From contig CM052817.1 of the NCBI GenBank assembly GCA_028534125.1, positions 46,006,001 through 46,070,000 on the forward strand: a stretch of 64,000 nt of DNA, read 5' to 3'. The position numbers and the translations under genes were made by a program. This document shows, in pieces, positions 24,696 through 36,524 of the stretch. Position 1 is the stretch's first letter, and each line of letters begins with the position of its first letter. The notes beneath the pieces are model-generated. The model made no database searches. It was given only the letters and a program-made list of their open reading frames with translations, and was not told the origin of the DNA. The stretch is from Lama glama. Lineage: Eukaryota.

Positions 24696-25339
24696 AATAA
24701 AATTGCTTCAAAGAAAAAATTTTGTCCCAAATTCACATTTTATCAATTTTTCCCCATAGATGATATCATGTAACATAAATCCTCTCTTGGGCCATTTTCC
24801 CGCACAGATCACTGTGAGGTTTCTTTGTGAATTTTTTTTTCCTTTTCTCTTTGGTAACTGGTGGCACTTCAAGGTGAGGAAGGTGTTTCTCTTAGTCATT
24901 ACATATTTGACTAATGCCAGAAACAACTTCCGGTTCTAATCTCACATTGCTTGCCCTGTTGCCTGAGAGATCTGAGTTTGCTGCTGCATGAAAATAGCAA
25001 TTTGAAGAGATAAAAGTTTAATAAATGCTATAAATAGTAACCAACACTCTTGTCATTAGAGGGAACTACACCTCCACGCCCACTTCCTTTACAACTTTCT
25101 GTCATTAGCTATTATATCAGAAATGAACCTTGTTTCTGGTACAATCAGTAGAATGAACAACGAAACCATAAAGAGATCAAAAGATTAACGGAAGAATGTT
25201 CTCTTTCACATACAGAGAAGAACCTGACTTTCAGGGATTCACACTCAATAAAGCTCCCTTGGACTTTCTGCCTTTGATGCCTAAATCCTCTTCTGTGTTC
25301 TTCAAAGGAATATCCCAAATACTCAACTAAGAAATCTAG

Positions 25340-25704
25340 CAAATGCTTTGGCAGCTCTGGATTTTTTTTGTGATTCCATATAAATTTTAGGACTATTTGT
25401 TCTAATTCTGTGAAAAATGTCCTGGGTAATTTGATACGGATCACATTAAGTCTGTAGATTGCTATGGGTGGTATGGCCATTTTAACAATATTAATTCTTC
25501 CAATACAAGAACATAAGATCTCTTTCCTTTTCTTTAAATTGTCTTTAATTTTCTTAGTCAATATCTTATAGTTCTCCACATATAGGTCTTTTACTTCCTT
25601 GGTAAGATTTATTCCTAAGTATTTTTTTTTGGATGCAATTTTAAAAGGGATTATTTCTTTACTTTTCTGACATTTCATTGTTATTGTAAAGAAATGCCAC
25701 TGAT
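25340..25704 (-). mobile_element. Inverted 5' segment of an L1 insertion (ORF2)
   Basis: Minus-strand translation [20 protein letters not shown]...[10 protein letters not shown]...[18 protein letters not shown] is L1 ORF2. Confidence 0.95.
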
Positions 25705-27225
25705 CCCTCTCAGACTTCATACAATACTACAGATCTACAGTAATCAAAACAGCATGGTATTGGTACAAAGACATATGGATCAATGGAACAGAATAGAGAG
25801 CTCCAAAATAAACCCACAAACTTTTGGTCAATCAATCTTTGACAAAGAAGGCTAGAACATACAATGGAATAAAGACACTCTCTTCAGCCAATGGTGTTGG
25901 GAAAACTGGATAGCTGCATTTAAATCAATGAAGTTAGAATACTCCTTCACATCATACACAAAAATAAACTCAAAATGGTTTAAAGACTTAAACATAAGAT
26001 AAGACGCTATAAACCTCTTAGAAGAAAATATAGGCAAAACATTATCGAACATAAACCTCAGCAATGTTCTCCTAAGACAATCTATCCAAGCAATAGAAAT
26101 AAAAGCAAAATTAAACAAATGGGACCTAATTAAATTGATAAGCTTTTGCACAGCAAAGGAAACCATAAGCAAAATTAAAAGATAACCTATGGAATGGGAG
26201 AAAATATTTGCAAAAGATGAGACTGACAAGGGCTTAATTTCCAGAATATATAAACAGCTCATACAACTTAGTAAGAAAAAACAAACAACCCAATCCAAAA
26301 ATGGGCAGAAGACCTAAGCAAGCAATTCTCCAATGTAAACATATGAATTGCCAATAGGTACATGAAAAAATATTCAGTATTGCTAATTATCAGAGAAATG
26401 CAAATCAAAACTACAGTGAGGTATAACCTCACACCAGTCAGAATGGCCATCATTCAAAAGTCCACAAACAATAAATGCTGGAGAGGCTGTGGAGAAAAGG
26501 AAACCCTCCTACACTGCTGGTGAGAATGCAGTTTGGTGCAACCATTACAGAGAACAGTATGGAGATTCCTCAAAAGAGTAAAAATAGACCTATCATATGA
26601 TCCAGCAATCCCATTCCTGGGCATATATCCAGAGGGAACCTTAATTCAAAAAGGCAAATGCACATCAGTGTTCATAGCAGCATTATTTACAATAGCCAAG
26701 ACATGGAAATAACCTAAATGTCCATCAACAGATGACTGGATAAAAAAGTTGTGGTATATTTATACAATGGAATACTACTCAGCAATATAAAATACCAAAA
26801 TAATGCCTTTGCAGCAACATGGATGGACCTGGAGAATGTCATTCCAAGTGAAGTAAGCCAGAAAGAGAAGAAAAATACCATATGATATCACTGCAATGTG
26901 GAATCTAAAAAAAAAAAAAAGACAAACGAACTTATTTACAAAACTGAAACATACTCATAGACATAGAAAACAAACTTATGGGTATGGGGGGCAAGGGAAG
27001 GAGGTGGTAAGGGATAAATTGGGAGTTCGAGATTTGCAGATACTAATATATAAAAAATAGGTAACAAGTTTATACTGCATAGAAAACTATATTTAATATC
27101 TTGCAGTAACTTATGGTGGAAGAGGATATGAAAACAAATATATGTATGTTCCTATATGACTGAAGTACTGTGTTGTATATTAGAAATTGACACAACATTG
27201 TAAACTGACTATACTTCAATAAAAA
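25705..27225 (+). mobile_element. L1 3' segment: ORF2 C-terminal part (disrupted), 3' UTR and poly(A) signal
   Basis: Starts at the 'LPDF..YY..TVIKTAWYW' region, includes the Cys-rich end, stops at ~26906-26908, and the 3' UTR ends 'gactatacttcaataaaaa'. Confidence 0.97.
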
Positions 27226-28129
27226 TATATTAAATTTTTTTTTAAATCTAATACAAAAATATTCATGGAAAAGCACTACTTCCTTAGATGTTGAAACGGG
27301 TAATTTATTCTATCCTTACTCTACAAATGCTAAGACCCAGTCCTTGCTGAAAATCCATGCAGTGCATATTATCCATTTCTAAAGCAACTTCTTTCCACTA
27401 AACTTGGAAATATATTTATACAAGTGCTAGATCAGCTGGTGCTAGGAAAGAAGTACTTGTAGAGTTGAAAATTTCCACATCAAAAATTATTTGGTTCCTC
27501 TCAAAAGCAAAAAAGCATTATTAGAAAATTTGTGGCAAAGGTGGATAGAGATGTTGGCTTAGCGTATCTTCTGAAATACATGGCTATTTCATTTGGTTCC
27601 TGTAGTCCTTCTTTTCCTCTTTCCAAGAATAGGACTGATGTCCTGATCAGGACTGGCCTCCAGTGCAGTGTGCTTGTGATTGGCTTATATTCCTGCTGCT
27701 TTTGGTTCTTAGGTCCCTTCTGCCCTTTGGAGGTGTACAGACAACTAGTACCAGAGTCTATGATGGCTGTGCCGGCTTCCTGCATTGAGGGGACACACAG
27801 AGGCTTTGGGGACGACAAAGGTGCTGTCCAAAGTATCCTCTGAGTGAGCGCACCACACTGCCATTTCCTCTCTGCTGCCTCCAAGGAGCAGGGCATCTTA
27901 TGAAGCAGCCTTCCTTGCAGATCCATTGTGAACTGGGCAGAAGCCCTTGTTTTTTTCAAACCATCTCTTCTCCTATATGAAGTTTCTGTCAGCTCACTAC
28001 TCACTCACATTTCAGGGTGCAGCCCAGGGCACTGTGGGCCTGGGTCCCTGAGAAGTGGGAAGCATTTCCACCCCTGCCTTGTACTCAGTTTTATAAAACT
28101 GAAGTGCAGAGCTGAGGTCTCCAGTCTCC

Positions 28130-28330
28130 GGGTTTCTCTGACTTGGTTTAACACCATCCGCTTACCCATTACCGTTGACCCTGGGCAAAGCCATTTGCTC
28201 TTCCCAGGCCCTGGTTTACACGTTGTAAACTTTATAATAGTTTCATCCTCATAGAGTTACAATTCGGTTTCAATGAACTGCACGTGTAAAGCATCTAGAA
28301 CAGTACCCAAGAAACAGACAGAGTGAACGC
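28130..28330 (+). mobile_element. MIR
   Basis: 'tgaccctgggcaaag...cctggtttacacgttgtaaa...cctcatagagtt...gtgtaaagcatctagaacagtacc'. Confidence 0.65.
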
Positions 28331-29269
28331 ACAGTGCTGCAAATTTCTGAATCTCACTGATACTGAGGAAAGAGTCATTTCCTCAGAACTGCCTAACAAA
28401 TAGGGCATCCTGAGGACAGCAGACAACCTAGTCATGAGCGGCACTCAAGTCTTGCATGGTGATCACCTTCTCCTTGTGTAAAGAGTTCTAGGAGGATTTA
28501 ACTCAGTGATGTTAGAGATGATGAAACGGCAACTGTCACGTGAAGAAATGATAAAAAGAAATATAGCCAAAGACGGTTGGAAAAAAGCATTATGAGAGGT
28601 GTACCAGGTAGTTAATTAACAGGATATTGTGTCCTCATTGTAAGTAATAGTCACTTTTATAAATAATTGTACATTTGTAATTTCGTATTCTTTTTCTTAA
28701 GGAGGGCCCCTGAAGTTTCATCCCCCTCTACAAAATCTGAATTTGTCACTGAAATGTCCTTCATCTTTTTAAAAAATTTTTTTAAAAAATTTCACTTAGG
28801 AATTTTATGTACCCCGGGAACACTCTCCAGAAAAATGCATGTGGTTTTCCCTACAAGTTCAGGGAGTTCATCTATTCTTTTCAAACTCATCTGTTGCCCT
28901 CTCATTAAGAACTTCCAGTTTTAAGGAAGAATCAGCTGAGTTTAGGACTGTACACAAAACTTCAGTTGAAAAAGGAGACAATAGGGTTGCTGTTCTGAAT
29001 TTCCTCACAGGCACCTCGGCTTCCCTTCCCCACTTCCCACCTTATTTCCCCCAGGTTCTCATAAGCCTAAGGCTTTTCTGCTGCTTCAGGCAGTAGATAA
29101 AGCTTTGGAGGGCTGATGGCCTGGCACCGGTGAAAAGAGGTTGAAGGGCTCTTACCTGTGAGCTTTCTCTAAAACAAACATTCCTCAGGAGAAAAGTTGC
29201 ACTCATGAGGGATAAAAAGAGAGGAGGATTTTTTCCCTATTGCCAACTGCTTCAAATAAGTCAGTGGCT

Positions 29270-29460
29270 TCCCACCTGCTCCCATAGCAACTCGTGTTTA
29301 TACCTAACTCACCACCCTTGCTAATGTGATCCAATTATCTGTCTTTCTCCCAAACTGTGAGGTTTTAGCAACTAGAGATTGTATTATATGTCAACATGTT
29401 ATCAAGTTCTGGAACATAGTAAGGCATTAGTAAATGATTATGGAATGAATGAATGAGGAG
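29270..29460 (+). mobile_element. L2 3' end
   Basis: Tail 'ctggaacatagtaaggcattagtaaatgattatggaatgaatgaatga'. Confidence 0.7.
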
Positions 29461-29899
29461 AATGGAAAATAACTTGGTTTTGTTAGCTACTTTTTATACC
29501 TGTTGAATAGAACCCACAGAACCAAACCATCTCTCCCCAACATAATAACCACAAAGCATCCTGTAGTTCATGTTACTAAGAACTTTTATTTCTTTTTTAG
29601 CTTAATATACATAAACCTAGCCAGTGTAAGCCGGTCACAAAATCTGAGGTGATGTCTGTGAATAGGAAAGATCTTTGAGGTTGCAACAGAAAGATTTACG
29701 CTATGTATGCATTTCCTTCTACATTCTTTCCAGTATTGCTGGTGTGGGGCCTCTGGGTGCACTGAGAATTTTGTGTGTGTGTATTTATGCAGATCACTTG
29801 TTAGAGCAATGTTTTTCCCATGCTGCTACCCTGGACAATACAGACAATGGTGGCAGCCCTAACTGAAAATATGAATGGTAGAAAAATTTCTATCATACT

Positions 29900-30178
29900 T
29901 GTAATGGTTAACTTTATGTGTCAACTTGCCTAGGCCATTTGTCAAACATCAGTCTAAATGTCGCTGTGAAGGTATTTTTTTGATGTGATTAACATTTAAA
30001 TTATTAGACTTTGAATAAAGCAGTTTAACTTCCATAATGTGGATGAACCTCATCTACTCAGTTAAAGACCGTATGAGAAAAGACAGAGGTCACCAAGGGG
30101 AAAGAAATTCGCCTCCAAATTGCCTTTGCTATTAAGATGGCAGCATCTGTACATCTATTTCCTGAGACTCCAGACTGC
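29900..30178 (+). mobile_element. ERVL LTR 5' part (MLT2B-like)
   Basis: Canonical start 'tgtaatggttaactttatgtgtcaacttg', then 'gctgtgaaggtattttttgatgtgattaacattt'. Confidence 0.85.
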
Positions 30179-30212
30179 AACCAATAGGAGATTATACAGA
30201 TACACACATACG

Positions 30213-30245
30213 CCGTTGACCCTTGGACAACACGGGAGTTAGGAA
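30213..30245. mobile_element. Isolated TcMar-Tigger terminal inverted repeat fragment
   Basis: 'ccgttgacccttggacaacacggg' resembles the Tigger-type TIR 'cagttgacccttgaacaacacggg'. Confidence 0.6.
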
Positions 30246-30714
30246 AATTTTAATAATTAATGCATGTCTGGAACCACCAGGAGATGGTGCACTGGATGTC
30301 ATATAGCAGAATGCACATGTCATTCCTGTAACAGATCCATCAGATTAAAATGAAAAGATTGTTTCTAAAGCAAGATCGTCTTGGGCTGCCACACAGTTGA
30401 ACTTCGTAGGCAGATTAAAGATTACCATTAAAACTAAATGTATGTGTTTATCCTTGGCTTGTCACTTTAAGAGCTTACTTGTAATACTTTAATGTTAGAA
30501 CTATTTCCTGTAACGAGTTTCGGAGATGAGTCGAGGTGAGTTCCCAGCAAGAGCCCTAGATGTGGAGTTGATCAGAGTCCAGGTCTTTATCACACTCTGT
30601 CCTCGTAAGAAACTTAAGAGCCAGTTAGTGCCAGTTCAGAGTGATTTTAAAGCCTTGGCTCTTGGGTTCATTGGTTCTCTCTCATAAGGTTGCTTGAATG
30701 AGTATAAGGGAAGG

Positions 30715-30940
30715 TAGGGGGTGTTGCCTAATGGTTAAGAGCCTTTACTCTGCAGCTACATTTGTACAAGTTATTTAATCTCTTTGGATCTCAATGTCTT
30801 CAAGTGTAAAATGGAAATAATAATAGAAACTCACTACCTCATAGACGTGTTGTAGGGGTCAAATGAGTCAATGCATACAGAGCACTTGGAACACTGACTG
30901 GCACATAAGTGCTACAGAAGTGTTAGCTATTTTTACTGTA
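30715..30940 (+). mobile_element. Near full-length MIR
   Basis: 'gcctaatggttaagagc...caagttatttaatctct...tgtaaaatggaaataataatag...ctggcacataagtgct...gttagctatt'. Confidence 0.85.
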
Positions 30941-31409
30941 TTGCATCAATATAGCATTCCATTCTTCATATGTTATGTATAACATTGGGTTGTTTTATTA
31001 CACAGAGCACTGAAGGGAAGTGTCTAAGTGGAAAGGACACTGTCTGACTTATTCCCTGAAATATTTTAATTTCTCTAATGAAGTGGAGGAAACTCTTGAA
31101 GCAGAAACTCCTCGGTGGAGTTTCAGGGACTGGAAAGCACATGTGTTACTGGTCGACCCGATCATCTGGTTGTGAACTGAAAGGACATGAACAAACTAGG
31201 GGGTTTTAGGAGAAGTATATGCAACTACAGTATAACTGACAAAAGCTTAATTTTTCTAAGTACTCCGTAGTCCTAGGGGGTTCACCAGTGAGAAGAGTAC
31301 TCCAGTCTTAAGCTGGGAACCCTGAAGGCATGATGTCAGGGTTCTAGCCAATGGAAAGAGTGGTATAATTTAAATATAATAGTCTCCTTGCTCACACCAA
31401 ACTCCCCAA

Positions 31410-32070
31410 ATCCACTTCCCTTTTCCTTTTCTTGGACTCATCCATAGCCGTTGACTTGAAGTCCTCTCCTCTCTTGACTTCCATAACACCATGCTCTCCA
31501 CGGTATCTTTTTACGTCCCTGGTCCACTCACCTCAGTACCCTTTGCTGACAGCTCTTCTCCTCATCTCTAGATGCCATCATTCTGCAGGGCTTTTCCTCA
31601 GTTCTCTTCTCTGTCCCACTGCTTCTCCTCTAGTGATTTCATGTGTTCTTACGGTTTTAAACACTACCTAGAGAATAATAAATGTCACATTTACATGTTG
31701 AGCCTTGACCACTATTCTGATCACAAGAAGCATTCTGTTCTACTTTCTAGTTGACATTTCTGTCTCCATGTTTCTAACACAACATTTGCAGAAGTGAACT
31801 TTTGGTCTTTTCCCCATCTATTCCTTCTCCTGTCATTCTCATATTCATAAAGGGCAACAGAAGTCTAGAAAGTCACCTGGATTCTTCTCTGTCAGATTCT
31901 ATTTTCAAAATCGATCTAGAATACACGCTTCTCTCCGGTCCACTGACACAAGCCTAATTCAAGGCATCCTGTTATCTACAAGACAGAGCTTCCTAAATTG
32001 CCTCCTTACTTTATTTCTTTCATCTGATACCTTCTCTCCATAAGAGCTTGAAAAATCTTTCTAAATATGC
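31410..32070 (+). mobile_element. L2 body (RT-region) fragment
   Basis: Pyrimidine-rich L2 motifs 'cttgacttccataacaccatgctctcc' and 'ttctcctgtcattctcatattcataaagggcaac'. Confidence 0.7.
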
Positions 32071-32369
32071 CCCAGAGCACAAACGAAGAAACCAAATGTA
32101 GAGAGGTTACTTGAATAAGGCAAAGTGACTAAGGGGCAGAACTTTGCCCACACAGCTCTCTTCCCTTTCTGATTTCCGCAGGGCTGCAGCCCCATTACTA
32201 CATACTTTAGTGCAAAATTGCAGCCGTGCCCATGAATATGTTTTACTGACTTTCAGAGTATTCTTTTTTCACTTGTCTCTATGGTGCCAGATTTTGTGTT
32301 TCACTCCACTCCAATCCCAGTCAACAGGCTTGGAAAGTTTTCTGTCAGCATTAGTTACCCGTCTGACCC

Positions 32370-32600
32370 TGAGGTCTCTCAGTTCCCCCACATTTCCATG
32401 CAGAGATCTCAATCTTCACTCCAGGTCGGACACTCACTCACATGACCACAATGTTGCTTCAACAACATTCAACACTGCTCCTCAAGTTTCAACACGAGGC
32501 TCCTCTCTCTGCTTTCAATCTTCTCTACTTCCTCCGCTTCCAGTGTCTGATACCCACGGTACCACTCTTGAGCATCATCAAGCTTCTTCATCAGCCTCGT
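32370..32600 (+). mobile_element. Probable upstream L2 fragment
   Basis: 'cttcactccaggtcggacactcactcacatgaccaca' resembles the L2 body. Confidence 0.4.
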
Positions 32601-33589
32601 CCTCCTCATTTGTAATTTTATTGCTCCTTTTCTGGAAATGATTGGCTTTGTGCCACCAAGACTTCATTTCCAGAAGGAAGACATTTTTTCTCGTTCCTCT
32701 GACAGAGCCAAACATACCTGGAAAAATCACAAATCAGCATTGCGAGGTCCGAAACAAAATCATGCTGCACCTCAGTTGTCCTTTGTGAAGCTAACTATTT
32801 CTTTGGTTGACCTGTTTTTGATGTTCTATTGACATAATTATAATAGTGATTTTCAATGTTTCTCATTAGTTAAAATATTATTATTTAAAATAACTTAAAA
32901 TTTTTTACTTAAAATTACTTAAATTTTCATCCCATCACACTCATTCCAACTAGAGTGGATTTTCAACCCTTTTGCTGAAATAAGTGAAAATAAGTCAGAC
33001 TAGAAAAATTCACTTTCTTTTTACACACACTCAGCTTCTCTCTATTCCTCTCTCTTCCCCTTCACCAACTCTATCTCACATGCACACAGCAGGATAAAAG
33101 TAAAACTATATACAGTTTGGAATTCTTTAGAAGAGACAATTATATGCAATCTAAATTTTTATTTTTCTTTAGATTCCAATCTGCCATGGCATGCTTTTTT
33201 AGTTTTCATATTACAGGTAATCACATATGATATTATTAGGCTGTTATCTTCATCTTTAAAAAGAAAAGATTGACATATTTAATTAACATATTACTAAAGC
33301 CATCCGGCAGGAAAGGTGTAAAAGCGAAAACTGCTTTTCTGATCAGATTGATGCCGAGTGCACATAAAATCCAGTAATGCTACCACCTTTCTGAGTTACA
33401 AGAATTCGTCAGAACCAATTTCTATAGTGCTTTCCACACAACTTGAAATAATTTGGATAAAGTTCATTCCACTTGTGATATTAGGACATTTATTTTAAAA
33501 AAAGAATTTTAAGTTTGTGCACACTGTCTTTATCACCAGGACAGTAATATAATTAAACACTGATACAATAAATCCTACAGAAAGACCAT

Positions 33590-33790
33590 AGCTCAGATTT
33601 ATTTCATATTTACCATATACTGAAACTAAGTACCTTAAATATTATCAATTCTCTTCATTCCATGACAAGCCAGTTAGAAGTGTACTATATTACTATTATT
33701 ATCTCCATTCTAAAATTTAAAAACTCATGGTTAGGTTACTTAACCAAGTTTATACAGCTTGGGCTCTCACTTTTAACCATGAAATTTTAT
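33590..33790 (-). mobile_element. MIR
   Basis: 'tactattattatctccattctaaaa...ggttacttaaccaagtttatacagct...cttttaaccat'. Confidence 0.55.
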
Positions 33791-34299
33791 ATCTAATCTT
33801 GTTCAGCATCATATTGTTGAATATATCATAGGATCCCACATATAAATCTGTATAAAAACCTAGTATTGAAAAGCAAGCATATAGTAACAGCATCGATTTA
33901 ATACCCATTGGTCAGATTCAGCTGATTGTTCAAAAAAGGGACTGGCATATTCACTCTCAGTGTCTGCACTCACAAAGCCAATCTAAATAATTGAACACAT
34001 ACGTAGGCCGACAACTATGTCAGTCCAGACAACAAGTTTTGATGTTTATATCTGCTCAGTGGATCAGAAGTTTTTGATTTTTAACTGAGACTGAGCTGTT
34101 AGCTATAAAATATTTTCTCCTGGTGATTAAAACTGTATATTCTAACAGGTGTATTTATACCTAGGACCTTGTCCATGGGACTAGCAATTTTAGTTTATAA
34201 TTTTGAATTCATTTAGTGCAAATAGATTTTATTCATCAAAATTTTAGTAAGGTTTCCATTGCAATTCATCTCTCTTTACTGCTCAGCAATTTCATGTGC

Positions 34300-34530
34300 T
34301 GAGCTTGTAGACTGAAGCATTCAGTTCAAGGCCTGATTTCACCAGTTACGGTGATTTGACCTTAGGCAAGACAGTAAAGTTCCATGAGTTTCACTTTTCT
34401 CATCTGCAAAGTGTAGATAATAATACCTTCCCTGCCAACTCCACAGGGCAGGTAGAAGAGTCAGGCGAGATAACGTGTATGAAAGTGCTTCTGAAGCCAC
34501 AAAGCACAGTGTAATTCGAGGTGTTAGTCA
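34300..34530 (+). mobile_element. MIR
   Basis: 'tgaccttaggcaag...ttctcatctgcaaagtgtagataataatacc...gagataacgtgtatgaaagtgctt'. Confidence 0.8.
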
Positions 34531-35479
34531 CCTGCCATCTGATTACTCACAGAAAGGCAACAAAGTTCTCCCCAAGGAACAAGGGTATAAAATTCAGAAC
34601 TGTGTTAGCATTCCTTAAATAATGTAACAATAAAACGAAACCCCTCTACATATTAAAGAAAGAATAATTTAAAAATGCTTCTTCTTCTGATCTTAATTAT
34701 ACCAGTTTGGAGACTTGAATTTGCTTTTTCTGGTTGTCTCTGCAGACTACGATTAGCGCAGTACTAAAAGGAGGTCCAGGGCACGCGATTGAACCTTCCT
34801 TTCAGAGATTCCTTTATTTACAGCATGGTCATAAGAGAGGCGTAAAGAAAATATATTTCTTGATCCTTAAAATAATAGTAATAAAAATTACTAACGGTAA
34901 TTACCAACAAATAACAGTATTACTAACACTACAACCTAATGTTAAGCCACCTAAGTATTTAGATATCCCCTTGACAAGTTTTTATTTTTGAAAAGAAGTC
35001 TTTTACTGAAATTCACATATTCTTGTTAAACCATATGAGTTGTTTCACCTTCTGAGAGTTCAGCTACTGCCAGGAACAGGACATGGGGCACCATATTCTC
35101 ATTCTTTTGAAACTCATCACAGAGAAGAGGAAGTCAGTTGCAGTAAACGAAAAACATGAGTAAAGTAGCATCGAATGACACGTATGAAAATATACCTCTG
35201 TATCTCTTAATCTTTACCAGAGAACTTAGTGTTCTCCTTGTTGCAATCACCTTCCTAGCAATAAAACTGGGAGTTATAGCCAAAAACCAGACTGATATTA
35301 TTTCATGGTTTTGTGTAACAAAGGTGAACACAGACTTAAGAAATCAGATAGTATGACAAATGTCAACATGATACCTTATTTAATAGCTTTTGTATTAGTG
35401 ATAATAGAAGAAAAAATGGTTCTATTCTGAGTGAGAATTATCACATGATTTTGATTAAGAATGAAGGTAGAAAGAGATC

Positions 35480-36050
35480 CCTACAGGAGTTTGAAAGGTT
35501 AGTAGCAATGAGAACCAAGACTTAAATCTCTCTAAGCTATAGTATCTTCTTCTCTAACCTGTTGATAATCATGCCTGCTTGCATCTGAGGATCAAATGAA
35601 ATTTCATTCATTCATTCACCAAATATTGGGTACCTACTGTATTTTAGAAAATGGACTAGACGTTGTGGCAGATTAGGTAGTGTTTAAAAGAGCCTCAGTT
35701 TTTATGAACTGAAATCTAAGAAGCAGATCAATGTTATCAACATCAAGAACAGTCAAAATAAGTTTAAAGTGTTAAGAGCCATTTAGAGCCTAAAACAATG
35801 TGATATGGAAATTTGTATCACGAGAAAGTGCTTTGAAACTGTAAAATGCTATACAAATGAATGTTCTCAGAATAGCTCAGGCTATGGCGAAACTGAGGGA
35901 AGATTTTTGATGATTTATTTTTGTAAACATTCCCCTTCCCCTTTATTTGCCTTGCTTAATAAAATAGGATAGGAATCAATTACCTAATACAGTGTCTTAC
36001 AAAATCTATATGCTCAGTAAATATTTGTTGAATTAAGGAATGCTCAACAA
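35480..36050. mobile_element. MIR split by an antisense L2 fragment (~35600-35800), followed by an L2 tail
   Basis: 'gaggatcaaatgaaat|ttcattcattcattcacc...' then 'gaaagtgctttgaaactgtaaaatgctatacaaat'; tail 'ctcagtaaatatttgttgaat'. Confidence 0.55.
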
Positions 36051-36524
36051 TGTTCTTCTCAATGCTATTTTAAAATATTTGGTAAAAATTATTCTAGTTG
36101 GAAACAAAAAAGCACTACTTTAATTAGTCTTAATTAATAATTAGAATAATAGTGCTATTTTAGATTCTATTTTAATCAAGTGTATTTTATGAGCTTTTTT
36201 TTTTCCAGATGAAAAAGCCCACCCCATAGATTACTTGTGTGAGATCTGGGTACAATGCAAAAAAGTAGAAAACGCATTGATTTGAGAACCAGAATTTCTG
36301 GGAGAATCCTTGCTCCGAAACCCACTAGCTTTAGGAAAACTATTTTGTACCTTAGTTTTCTGATTTGTAGAATCATAGACTAGAACAAACGATGGTAAGA
36401 TATCTTCCATCTTTAATATTTTCAAGCCTCAACACAGGAGATATTATTTAATGGAAGACATTTAAATTGTATAAAATGAATTTAAGTTAAAATGGATTGT
36501 CATCATGTTTTAAAATGGTATTAC

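Noticed and set aside
25145..25720. Longest ORF in the track (191 aa)
   Set aside because: It is the inverted L1 ORF2 segment reading through into flanking DNA, not a host gene.
25852..26453. Hydrophobic 148-aa and 61-aa minus-strand ORFs that look like membrane proteins
   Set aside because: They are antisense translations of A-rich L1 ORF2.
27501..28004. 167-aa minus-strand ORF containing AGTAIIDSGTS, resembling the aspartic-protease D(S/T)G motif
   Set aside because: I see no similarity to pepsin-like or retroviral proteases on either side of the motif, and no gag/pol context. It is treated as chance; a BLASTp/HMMER hit would overturn this.
28765..28795. A/T-run palindrome (TTTTTAAAAAATTTTTTTAAAAAA)
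   Set aside because: Low complexity; the self-complementarity is trivial.
29150..29180. Minus-strand 13-nt 'exon' (ttttag|AGAAAGCTCACAG|gtaaga)
   Set aside because: The pyrimidine tract is short, the length shifts frame and there is no other support; it is within chance expectation.
32144..32641. 165-aa Ser/Leu-rich ORF
   Set aside because: It starts at a non-ATG codon, overlaps pyrimidine-rich L2/MIR remnants and has no recognisable domain.
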